A stretch of 62,988 nt of DNA. Origin: Promethearchaeati archaeon. GTDB lineage: Archaea; Asgardarchaeota; Heimdallarchaeia; Heimdallarchaeales; Heimdallarchaeaceae. The stretch spans positions 1 through 62,988 of the forward strand of contig JABLTJ010000020.1 of the NCBI GenBank assembly GCA_013166775.1. Direction: 5' to 3'. This document shows, piece after piece, positions 29,363-38,266 of the stretch. The notes beneath the pieces were generated by a model that made no database searches, was not told where the DNA came from, and worked only from the letters and a program-made list of their open reading frames with translations. Position numbers and translations under genes: made by a program. Position 1 is the first letter of the stretch, and each line of letters begins with the position of its first letter.

Positions 29363-29621
29363 TACAACTTCGATCCCTCGACTAATCTTGTACCAATTTC
29401 AATTCCTATCGTTTTGATTTTCTAAAAATGAGAAACTCAAATAGATATATAAATGCAGTAAAAAAGATTATTTGTACTATGTTCTTGAGACTCAAAAATA
29501 ACCAAAGTGGAAATGAAAAAGAAAATAGCACAACTATCAATTTAGAAAATTACAGAATTGCAAAGCACACTATTTGAGAGAGATATTAGGACTGCTCTGA
29601 ATTGCTGCTATTTATATTATT

Positions 29622-30581
29622 ATGAGAATTTATTCAAGTGTAATAGGAGCTATTGACAATAATGAACTTATCCTCTTTATTTTAACTCCAATATTATGTG
29701 TTTTTTGTTCTTTACTCTTGTATAATTCATATAATCTTATTTTCAGATCCTCTAGAGTTATAAACAGAAATTTCCTTTTGATACGAGTGGTTTCAGTTGT
29801 ATTTCTTGGTTTATCTTTGCTTATTAATAAAATAGTCATATCTAAATTAGGAATTGAACCAGTTTTAGATTTTGGAGGGGGATATTTAGACATTAGCTTT
29901 TACTTGGTAGTAATTCTTCCCTTTTATTCCATAATTTCTACTCTTTTTATTATGCTCTATTTGAATATTTTCAAGAAAAATAACTTATTATTCATTCATT
30001 ATTTTCAAGAAAAACGAAAAAAAGAACAGCAAAATATAGAAAAATCGATTCAAGTTTATTTAGGTATCTTAGCAGGCATAATATTGTTAGATCCTATATG
30101 GTTTCTATATTATTCTAGGAAGGAAATACTAATTGTTAGAAAAGATGAGGTTGATTGGAAAGATTTAGCACAAAGACTTCAAAAATCGCTTTCAGAAAAA
30201 CAAATACTTAAAACGGATTATCTCGAAAAAAAGAGTTCTAGTACCATAATTATTGACAGCAGACAACAACTAAATCATGATTTTCTCGAAAAAAACCAGA
30301 AGTTTATCAAAGAATTACAAGAAATAAGTCTTATAGGAATACTTTGTCTATTATTTTTGACACAACATCATCCCTCTTTCTCCTCAGTAAGAATAATTAA
30401 CAGAACACTTCAAATTCCCGTTTCATCAACTTATAGAATTTTACAGAAACTAGTTGGTATGAATTTAGTTACAGACTATATTATAACTAAACAACCCAAT
30501 AAGATGTTCTACGGTATAACTGAGAAAGGAGATACAATAGTACTTAAACTCTATGAATTATTAGGAGAAAGCATTTTGTAA
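29622..30581 (+). CDS. Membrane protein with C-terminal winged HTH (one-component regulator-like)
   Basis: About 4 TM, then IPVSSTYRILQKLVGMNLV...YGITEKG; N-terminus may be truncated. Confidence 0.7.
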   Translation: MRIYSSVIGAIDNNELILFILTPILCVFCSLLLYNSYNLIFRSSRVINRNFLLIRVVSVVFLGLSLLINKIVISKLGIEPVLDFGGGYLDISFYLVVILPFYSIISTLFIMLYLNIFKKNNLLFIHYFQEKRKKEQQNIEKSIQVYLGILAGIILLDPIWFLYYSRKEILIVRKDEVDWKDLAQRLQKSLSEKQILKTDYLEKKSSSTIIIDSRQQLNHDFLEKNQKFIKELQEISLIGILCLLFLTQHHPSFSSVRIINRTLQIPVSSTYRILQKLVGMNLVTDYIITKQPNKMFYGITEKGDTIVLKLYELLGESIL

Positions 30582-30634
30582 TATATTAGTGATATTATCC
30601 AAATCATTTGACACCAAAAATAAAGAAAAAACTA

Positions 30635-30760
30635 TGGTGGCTCGAGCGAGTTTCGATCTCGCGACCTCAGGATTTCTCATCTGAGGTTTTCAGCTCATAA
30701 GTCTAGCCCTTATTTCAAAGATTATGAGTCCTGCGCTCTAGCCAGCTGAGCTACCGAGCC
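30635..30760 (-). tRNA. tRNA-Met(CAT), non-initiator type, with a 49-nt intron (30674..30722), encoded CCA
   Basis: GGCTCGG TA GCTC...GAGC G CAGGA CT CAT A [intron] A TCCTG AGGTC GCGAG ATCGAAA CTCGC TCGAGCC A CCA; perfect BHB (CTCA/TGAG); Ile2 identity not excluded. Confidence 0.9.
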
Positions 30761-30989
30761 ATTTAGGTTTTTCGTGGAAATTTACCTTAAAAAGTTTTCT
30801 TAAAGCGATTACCCTTGAATATATAATTCACGTTTTTAAATTCTTAATTCTATCCAATAACTGAAAAAGATATTATCTTTCTAGAAGATTAATTTATTAA
30901 AACAATTGATTGGGAAGAAATTGATTAATAAAGACAAATATTGTAATTTTTGGACTTAAAATAAAATAATTAAAAATAGGGAGGGAAAA

Positions 30990-31667
30990 TTATTCTTGTT
31001 CTTCGTCAGTCTGCGCGTCTGCTGCGGATTCTTCACCAGTCTGCGCGTCTGCTGCGGATTCTTCATCAGTCTGCGCGTCTGCTGCAGGTTTTGCGATTTT
31101 AAGTATTCCTTTTGAGAATTTTCCGCTCTTCTGCAGCTCTTTTACGATCTCGTTTCCTTTACCTATCTTATATGTACATTGAGTTGGAAATCTATCTGCT
31201 GCTCTTTTTAAAGCATCAAGAGCTATTCTATAATACTCAGCAGTGGTTCTCACTGTAACTAATTCTTGACCTTCTTTTACTCTTGCTGCCCTATCTGTTG
31301 GTTTTCCAAAAGATCTTCTCATTCCATCTTGAATTCTATCAGCACCAGCTACTGCCATCATTTTGTTTTCTCGTAGTATATGATGTGGATGAATTCTGAT
31401 AGTCATATGATAGTTATCTAGTCCTAATTTTCTTTGTAGATGTCTATTTACCGCAATTCTTGCTGCTTCTAAAGCTGTGTGTCTAATTTGACATTTATCT
31501 GTTGAAACAAGGTGTATGTGTACTGGAAAATCACCTTTTCTGTTACCTGTGTCATAAGCCCTTATTCTTGAGTCTGGTACTCCTCTAACATATTTACCTA
31601 CTCTTGTATTTGCGGGTCCTCTTACTTTTACATAACATCTTGCTGGTCTTTTACCCATTTCTTTCAC
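30990..31667 (-). CDS. rpl10e: 50S ribosomal protein uL16 (L10e) with acidic repeat tail
   Basis: RPARCY, QIRHTALEAARI, HILRENKM..AGADRIQDGMRRSFGKP. Confidence 0.97.
   Translation of the reverse strand: MKEMGKRPARCYVKVRGPANTRVGKYVRGVPDSRIRAYDTGNRKGDFPVHIHLVSTDKCQIRHTALEAARIAVNRHLQRKLGLDNYHMTIRIHPHHILRENKMMAVAGADRIQDGMRRSFGKPTDRAARVKEGQELVTVRTTAEYYRIALDALKRAADRFPTQCTYKIGKGNEIVKELQKSGKFSKGILKIAKPAADAQTDEESAADAQTGEESAADAQTDEEQE
30999..31085. repeat. 30-bp tandem repeat, about 3 copies, encoding AADAQT(D/G)EES
   Basis: TTCTTC(G/A)(T/C)CAGTCTGCGCGTCTGCTGC(GGA) repeated in frame. Confidence 0.95.
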
Positions 31668-31676
31668 CCATTCACT

Positions 31677-32246
31677 TTATCTTGCTGAAAGAGCTATTCT
31701 TTCAATTTCTTGTCTTTTCTTCACTGCAGCACTTGCTTGTTCACCTTTTGCTGCAAGAATTAATTCTTCTGCTACTATCTCCTCAAAGCTTTTTATGTTA
31801 TTGAAGCTTTTCTGATAAATTGCAGCTGTTAAGAATCTTAATGCTAGATCTACTCTTCTAGAAGGAGCAACATCAACAGCAATATGTTGAGCTACACCAC
31901 CATAAGTTAAACGAGTGGTTTCTTCTCTTGGAGCAGCAGTCCTAATGGCATCAACTAATACTTGAACTGGATTATGTCCAGATCTTTCATGTATTATTTC
32001 AAATGCTACTCGTACAACATTGATTGCTCTTTGCTTTTTTCCTGCATTTTTCCCTTTTCTCATCAACTTGTTAACAAAGCGCTCTACGATACTCATTTCT
32101 GCTTTCTTAAATCGTTGATCTTGATTCCTTCCTCCTGAGTGAGGAAAATATACTGGTCGAAGGGAAATGTATCTTTGTAGCCCTAAATCACTTACTGACA
32201 CTTCGGAAAGATCCCATTTTCCAAAGAGCTTGATTTCTTCGCTCAT
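31677..32246 (-). CDS. rps7: 30S ribosomal protein uS7
   Basis: KLFGKW, IVERFVNKLMR, NPVQVLV.AI..AAPREET, AVDVAP.RRVD, ERIALSAR. Confidence 0.97.
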   Translation of the reverse strand: MSEEIKLFGKWDLSEVSVSDLGLQRYISLRPVYFPHSGGRNQDQRFKKAEMSIVERFVNKLMRKGKNAGKKQRAINVVRVAFEIIHERSGHNPVQVLVDAIRTAAPREETTRLTYGGVAQHIAVDVAPSRRVDLALRFLTAAIYQKSFNNIKSFEEIVAEELILAAKGEQASAAVKKRQEIERIALSAR

Positions 32247-32374
32247 TTTAGTAGCCTCTTTAACTAGATTAGCAGAACTATATTATGTTTAAAAATATAA
32301 TGTTGAAAGACAGATACTGATTTATTTCTTTTAGAAAGAATAAAAAAAGGAAAAAGAAGAAAAATTTCTTATTA

Positions 32375-33388
32375 CTACAAGTTCAATTTCTTAACTATCC
32401 AAGGTACGAGCAGGAATAGTATTGGTCCCATTAATGCATATACTACCATATCTAGTGATATCTTCAACGCTTCAAGAGCCATGTCATCGGTTAGTATCTG
32501 ATCATAGACATAGATGACTCCTATTGGGATAGCTACTAGAAGAATACGTAGAATATACTTCCACCATTTATCTGCTCTACTATTGAAGCCTACAAGTTTA
32601 CCTTCTAGAGCATAAGATATTGACGCTGTAGTAAACAGAACTAATGTTTTCAAAATCCTTATCTTTTGTTTAAATTCATCAGGATTAGATGATCCTTCGT
32701 GAAGGAATATTATAGGTAAGGCAAAAACAGCAAACACAAGTAAAGCAACTAGGATTTTAATTATTATTGATTGTTTATCCAAAAAGTTTCCTACTGGTTT
32801 TTCTACTAATATAAAGATTCCAACAACTAGCATTCCTATTCCAAAACCCATTAGTACGTCTGTAAACCAATGAACGACAAGATAAATTCTTGAGAAACCA
32901 ATAAGCAAAGGTAAAGCAATACCCACAGTTATCATACCCCATTTAGCAACACTTGCTGCAAGAGTACCCCAAACTGTCGTGCTCAACTGTGCATGACCGC
33001 TTGGTAGACCATAGGTTATCTTGTCTACTGGATCATAACCAAAACTATCGTCTGGTCTATCAAAACCAAAACCAACTTTCGTTACGGCATTTACTGTCAT
33101 AGAAGATACTAGTGTTACGATTATTCTGTAAGCCTTCTTTTTATCCCAAACGTAATAAAGAATCACAAGGAGAGCTATGTAAATAATGGACTCACCTAAG
33201 TATGTTATTATTCCCATTATTTTATGACCTATTCCTTGTTCTGACTCAGTAACATAGAAGAAATCAGAAACTGCTGTATCAATTGGATTATCTCTGTTTG
33301 GTGAACTATATACAATTCCTAATGCTGCACCAATGAGTGCAGCTCCTAAAACAATTAAAACAATTAAAGCGATGTTTTTCTTTTTCAT
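32375..33388 (-). CDS. PAP2-family membrane phosphatase
   Basis: K......RP, PSGHAQ, SRIYLVVHWFTDV. Confidence 0.92.
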   Translation of the reverse strand: MKKKNIALIVLIVLGAALIGAALGIVYSSPNRDNPIDTAVSDFFYVTESEQGIGHKIMGIITYLGESIIYIALLVILYYVWDKKKAYRIIVTLVSSMTVNAVTKVGFGFDRPDDSFGYDPVDKITYGLPSGHAQLSTTVWGTLAASVAKWGMITVGIALPLLIGFSRIYLVVHWFTDVLMGFGIGMLVVGIFILVEKPVGNFLDKQSIIIKILVALLVFAVFALPIIFLHEGSSNPDEFKQKIRILKTLVLFTTASISYALEGKLVGFNSRADKWWKYILRILLVAIPIGVIYVYDQILTDDMALEALKISLDMVVYALMGPILFLLVPWIVKKLNL

Positions 33389-33628
33389 AATACCATTTTT
33401 TATAGTTTTACATATTCAAAAAGCTTTTCGTTCAACTATGGAAACACGTATTATTCACGTATTATTTTCGTGTGTCTATAAAACATGTTTTTTAGTTAAA
33501 TATCTCGAAATGGCAATATAATTACGTTTCTTATAAAAAAAGGCAAATAGCGAAAATCGAAAAAATTAAGTAAAAAATCTTGGCTGATTCATGCAGAAAT
33601 TTTCAGCGAAAGAATAAAATAAGACAAT

Positions 33629-34420
33629 ATGAAATATAGTGCAGTGATTATAATGGGTACATACAAAGACCTAGTTGGGAAGAAAGTCGTAATTACTGGA
33701 GGTGCAAGTGGGATAGGATTATCAACTGCTAAACGTTTTATTGATGAAGGTGCTAAGGTTGTAATTATTGATTGGAATGAAGAAGAGTTGAATAAAGTTC
33801 TCTCTAGTATTCCTGAACTCAAGGGTGGAATCCATGCCGATGTGAGTAATCCCGAGCAAATTAAAACTGCATTCAAGAAAATAGATGAAGTTTTAGGAAG
33901 TATTGATATTCTAATTTCCAATGCAGGTATAAGTTTTCGTAATCCGTTTTTAGAAATTGATTATGAACAATGGTCCAAAGTTCTCCGAGTTAATCTAGAT
34001 GGAATGTTCTTATGTGCAAAAGAAACAATATTAAGAATGCAAAAACAATCATCTGGAGTTGTTTTATTAACTGCATCCAATAATGGAATGGAGGGTCGTC
34101 CATTTTATACAGATTATAATAGCTCAAAAGCTGGTGTCATACTTCTTGCTAAAACATTAGCTTTAGAATTTGCTCCTTGGTTAAGAGTAAATGCTATCTG
34201 CCCAGGTTATGTTCTTACACCTATGCAAAAAGCAGAATATACACCCGAGAAGTTAGAAATACTTAATTCAAAAATACCTTTGAAACGTCATGCCAAACCA
34301 GAAGAAGTTGCTGGTCTATTTGCGTTTCTTGCGTCTTCTGAAGCAGCTTATATTACAGGGCAAGCTATCGCTATTGACGGGGGAGAAACAGCTGGTCCAT
34401 ATACACCAATGGATGAATAA
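33629..34420 (+). CDS. Short-chain dehydrogenase/reductase
   Basis: TGGASGIG, NAG, YNSSK, RVNAICPG; start may be 33653. Confidence 0.93.
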   Translation: MKYSAVIIMGTYKDLVGKKVVITGGASGIGLSTAKRFIDEGAKVVIIDWNEEELNKVLSSIPELKGGIHADVSNPEQIKTAFKKIDEVLGSIDILISNAGISFRNPFLEIDYEQWSKVLRVNLDGMFLCAKETILRMQKQSSGVVLLTASNNGMEGRPFYTDYNSSKAGVILLAKTLALEFAPWLRVNAICPGYVLTPMQKAEYTPEKLEILNSKIPLKRHAKPEEVAGLFAFLASSEAAYITGQAIAIDGGETAGPYTPMDE

Positions 34421-34445
34421 ATAGAAAAATTGGAGAAGAAATTTT

Positions 34446-35237
34446 ATGGAATCAAAATATAAGCAAGTTCTGGATCTCATTTCTTTAGAAGGAAAAATAG
34501 CAATAGTTACAGGAGCTGCATCAGGTATTGGTCTAGCAACAACAAAGCTGTTAGCTGAAATGGGTGCTACTGTTGTTTTGATTGATATTAATGAATCCAA
34601 GGGAAAAGAGGTAGCTGAGCAAATTAAGGAAGAAAAAGGACAAGCAGAGTTTTATTTATGCGATGTTACTTCTGATTCTGAATGTGAAAAAACAGTAAAC
34701 GCAATTTACGAAAAGTTTGGAAAAATTGATATATTGTTCAATAATGCAGGCGTGATGCGACGAAAGAATGTTGTTGACTTAGAAGAAAAAGATTGGGATC
34801 TAATCATTGATGTTAATCTTAAATCAATATACTTACTGTCTAAACATGTTATTCCTATCATGATTAAAAGAGGAGGGGGGAATATCATTAACAATGGATC
34901 AGGTTGGGGCATTAAAGGAGGAGCTAAAGCTGTTGCTTACTGTGCAGCTAAGGGGGGTGTTGTGAATATGACAAGGGCAATGGCAATAGATCACGGAAAA
35001 GATGGCATTCGTGTCAATTGTGTTTGTCCAGGTGATGTTGACACTCCACTTTTGAGAGGGGAGGCAAAGCAACTAGACGTTGATGAAGAAGAGTTCATGG
35101 AAGAAGCTGCAAATCGACCACTCAATCGAGTAGGTAAACCTCTAGATGTAGCTCGTGCTGTTCTTTATCTCGCTAGTGATCTTTCAAGCTGGGTAACTGG
35201 TACTTCCATAATTGTTGATGGTGGGGGTCTTGCTTAG
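34446..35237 (+). CDS. Short-chain dehydrogenase/reductase
   Basis: TGAASGIG, NNAG, YCAAK, RVNCVCPGDVDT. Confidence 0.93.
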   Translation: MESKYKQVLDLISLEGKIAIVTGAASGIGLATTKLLAEMGATVVLIDINESKGKEVAEQIKEEKGQAEFYLCDVTSDSECEKTVNAIYEKFGKIDILFNNAGVMRRKNVVDLEEKDWDLIIDVNLKSIYLLSKHVIPIMIKRGGGNIINNGSGWGIKGGAKAVAYCAAKGGVVNMTRAMAIDHGKDGIRVNCVCPGDVDTPLLRGEAKQLDVDEEEFMEEAANRPLNRVGKPLDVARAVLYLASDLSSWVTGTSIIVDGGGLA

Positions 35238-35283
35238 ATTATGAATTAATATTTCATATAGAATTTTGGAAGAGGCATATTTA

Positions 35284-36696
35284 ATGAGCAAAAAAAAGAA
35301 AATAATCCATCCTTACATTCCGAACTCTGTTCCGGAAATAAAAGCAAAAATGTTAGAAGAGATTGGTGTAAAGAATATAGAATCACTTTATGAAGATATT
35401 CCAGAAAGCCTAAGATTCAAAGAGGAACTGAATTTACCTGAACCCTTTCTTTCCGAATATGCTTTGAAAAGACATGTGGAACAGATTCTGTCAAAGAATC
35501 AAACATGTCAAGAAAATCTTAGTTTTCTAGGTGGAGATTGTTGGCAACATTATGTTCCTGCAATATGTGATGAAATCAACCAACGTTCTGAATTCTTAAC
35601 TGCATATGCCGGAGAACCTTATGAAGATCATGGTAGATTTCAAACCCTTTTCGAATATGCTAGTATGATGGGAGAGCTTCTAGATATGGATGTGGTAAAT
35701 GTACCAACGTATGACTGGGGTCAAGCTGCTAGTACTTCTATAAGAATGGCAGGTAGAATCACAGGTCGTACCGAGATACTGATTTCAGAAACCATATCTC
35801 CAGATAGGCTTTCAATAATCAAAAATTACTGTAAACCAACTATCAAAATTAATACAGTGAAGTATGATCCGAAGACAGGAAAACTTAATCTTGAAGATTT
35901 AGAAGAGAAAATATCATCAAAAACAGCAGGTATCTACTTCGAAAATCCTTCATACTTAGGTTGTATTGAAGATCAAGGCAAAATTATTTCTGATATAGCA
36001 CATTCCCAAGGTGCTTTAAGTCTCGTAGGAATAGATCCAATTTCATTAGGCATATTAGTTCCTCCAAGCAATTACGGCGCAGACATTGTTTGTGGAGATA
36101 TTCAAGCCTTAGGTATGCACATGCAATTTGGTGGTGGACTTGCAGGTTTTATAGCTACAAGAGATGAAGAACGTTTTGTAATGGAATATCCTTCTAGACT
36201 TTTTGGAATTACAAAAACTACTGTAGAAGGAGAACATGGGTTTAGTGATGTCACTTATAATCGAACATCTTTTCATGATAGAATTGAAGGAAAGGAATTT
36301 GTAGGAACTGCATCGGCTTTATGGGGCATTACTGCAGGAGTTTACTTGGCATTGGCAGGTCCTCAAGGAATGCAAGAATTGGGTCAAGTAATTGTGCAAA
36401 AATCTCAATATGCTGTGAAAAGGTTATCTAAGATAAATGGAGTAAAAATACCCTTTGAACAATCTTCATACTTCAAAGAGGTAGTTGTAGATTTCAATGA
36501 CGCTGGTAAATCGGTCAAAGAGATAAACAAGGTTTTACTTGAAAAGAATATTTTTGGTGGAAAAGATATTTCCAACGAGTTTCCTGAATTAGGAAATTGT
36601 GCAGTCTATTGTATAACAGAGATTCATTCCAAAGAGGACATTGATAGACTTACCCATACCTTAGAGGAATACTTGGTTAAGGAGGAGCTACAATGA
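35284..36696 (+). CDS. gcvPA: Glycine dehydrogenase (decarboxylating) subunit 1-like, divergent
   Basis: HPYIP, FLGG...HYVPA, EFLTAY, ADIVCGD.Q.LG..M.FGG; ORF-track start is 35266. Confidence 0.85.
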   Translation: MSKKKKIIHPYIPNSVPEIKAKMLEEIGVKNIESLYEDIPESLRFKEELNLPEPFLSEYALKRHVEQILSKNQTCQENLSFLGGDCWQHYVPAICDEINQRSEFLTAYAGEPYEDHGRFQTLFEYASMMGELLDMDVVNVPTYDWGQAASTSIRMAGRITGRTEILISETISPDRLSIIKNYCKPTIKINTVKYDPKTGKLNLEDLEEKISSKTAGIYFENPSYLGCIEDQGKIISDIAHSQGALSLVGIDPISLGILVPPSNYGADIVCGDIQALGMHMQFGGGLAGFIATRDEERFVMEYPSRLFGITKTTVEGEHGFSDVTYNRTSFHDRIEGKEFVGTASALWGITAGVYLALAGPQGMQELGQVIVQKSQYAVKRLSKINGVKIPFEQSSYFKEVVVDFNDAGKSVKEINKVLLEKNIFGGKDISNEFPELGNCAVYCITEIHSKEDIDRLTHTLEEYLVKEELQ

Positions 36697-38243
36697 ATAA
36701 GAAGACCAAAGTAAGAAACTTCCATCAAGCAAAATGGGATGAGCCAGTAATTTATGAACTAAGTAACAAAGGAGAAAGGGGAATTCTATTTCCGGAAATT
36801 GAGAAAGAGATTGAGGAAATTATTGGTGATGGAATATCTAGACTTCCTGAAAACATGATAAGAAAACAACCACCTAATCTACCAGAGCTTTCTCAAATGC
36901 GAGTCCTTAAACACTATCTGCGACTATCCCAACAAACTCTTGGAGCTGATTTGAACGTTGATATTGGTCAAGGAACATGTACAATGAAATATAGTCCTAA
37001 AATAAACGAAGAATTTGCAAAATCTCCAAAGGTGACAGAACTTCATCCATCGCAAGACGAAAGAACTGTTCAAGGGATATTAGAAATAATCTACAATTTG
37101 GATTTATTTCTCAGAGAGATATCAGGATTGGATAAGTTTACACTTCAACCTGGGGGTGGTAGTCAAGCAATATTTGCAATGGCATCTATTATTCATGCCT
37201 TCCATGAATCTAACGGTGATTCAGAAAAAAGGGATGAGATAATTTCAACAATGTTTTCTCATCCATCAGATGCTGCTGCACCCACAGTAAAAGGTTACAA
37301 AGTTATCAATATCTATCCAAATGAAGATGGGTTACCAGATGTTGAAGCACTAAAAAAAGCTGTCTCCAATAGAACAGCAGGATTATTAATTACTAATCCA
37401 GAAGATACAGGAATCTTTAATCCTAAGATAAAAGAATTTACTCAAATTGTTCACGATGCCGGAGGTATCTGTGGTTATGACCAAGCAAATGCTAATGGTA
37501 TTCTGGGAATTACTAGAGCGAAAGAAGCTGATTTTGATCTTTGTTTCTTTAATCTACATAAAACCTTTTCTTCTCCCCACGGTTGTGGTGGTCCAGCTAC
37601 AGGAGCCCTTGGTGTAACTAAAGAACTCATAAAATTTCTACCCGTACCTTTAGTTGAATATGATAATGAAAAATTTTATTTTAATTATGATGTACCCAAG
37701 AGCATAGGTAAAGTAAGAGCTTTTTATGGAGTAATCCCAGCAATTCTGAAAGCATATTCTTGGATTATGAGTTTAGGTAGCGAAGGATTAAAAGAAGTAT
37801 CTCAAATTGCTGTTCTCAATAATAATTATCTCCTAAAGAAAATATTGGAAATACGGGGAGCAAATGCTCCATATGCTAGAGGGAGGCATCGAATCGAACA
37901 AGTTCGTTATAGCTGGAATAAACTTTACGAGGATACAGGTGTGACAACGGAGGACGTTACTTGTCGTATGGTTGATTTTGGTTTTCACATGTGGTCTAGC
38001 CACCACCCATTTATTGTCCCCCAACCTTTTACTCTTGAACCAACTGAATCCTACTCTAAAGCTGAACTAGATGAATATATTGCTGGATTAAAGAAAGTTG
38101 TTGAAGAAGCATACGATAATCCAGAAATAGTTAAGAATGCACCCCACAGAAGCGTTGTACATAAACTGAAAACGGATACATTAGATGACCCAGAGAGATG
38201 GGCTATTACTTGGCGAGCATATTTGAAGAAAAATAAAAAATAA
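36693..38243 (+). CDS. gcvPB: Glycine dehydrogenase (decarboxylating) subunit 2-like, divergent
   Basis: GTCTMKYSPKINE, NLHKTFSSPHGCGGP (PLP Lys), EPTES; ATGA overlap. Confidence 0.87.
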   Translation: MNKKTKVRNFHQAKWDEPVIYELSNKGERGILFPEIEKEIEEIIGDGISRLPENMIRKQPPNLPELSQMRVLKHYLRLSQQTLGADLNVDIGQGTCTMKYSPKINEEFAKSPKVTELHPSQDERTVQGILEIIYNLDLFLREISGLDKFTLQPGGGSQAIFAMASIIHAFHESNGDSEKRDEIISTMFSHPSDAAAPTVKGYKVINIYPNEDGLPDVEALKKAVSNRTAGLLITNPEDTGIFNPKIKEFTQIVHDAGGICGYDQANANGILGITRAKEADFDLCFFNLHKTFSSPHGCGGPATGALGVTKELIKFLPVPLVEYDNEKFYFNYDVPKSIGKVRAFYGVIPAILKAYSWIMSLGSEGLKEVSQIAVLNNNYLLKKILEIRGANAPYARGRHRIEQVRYSWNKLYEDTGVTTEDVTCRMVDFGFHMWSSHHPFIVPQPFTLEPTESYSKAELDEYIAGLKKVVEEAYDNPEIVKNAPHRSVVHKLKTDTLDDPERWAITWRAYLKKNKK

Positions 38244-38266
38244 TAACTGCACAAAGAGGAATAAAT

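Larger units (their letters stand above)
28706..30654. mobile_element. Decayed element integrated at the tRNA-Met 3' end
   Basis: Flanked by the tRNA 3' end and its degenerate duplicate; contains startless ORF fragments, a TnpB remnant and an orphan regulator; no integrase remains. Confidence 0.5.

Noticed and set aside
30635-30760. Calling this tRNA the initiator
   Set aside because: It lacks A1-U72 and the three consecutive G-C anticodon-stem pairs
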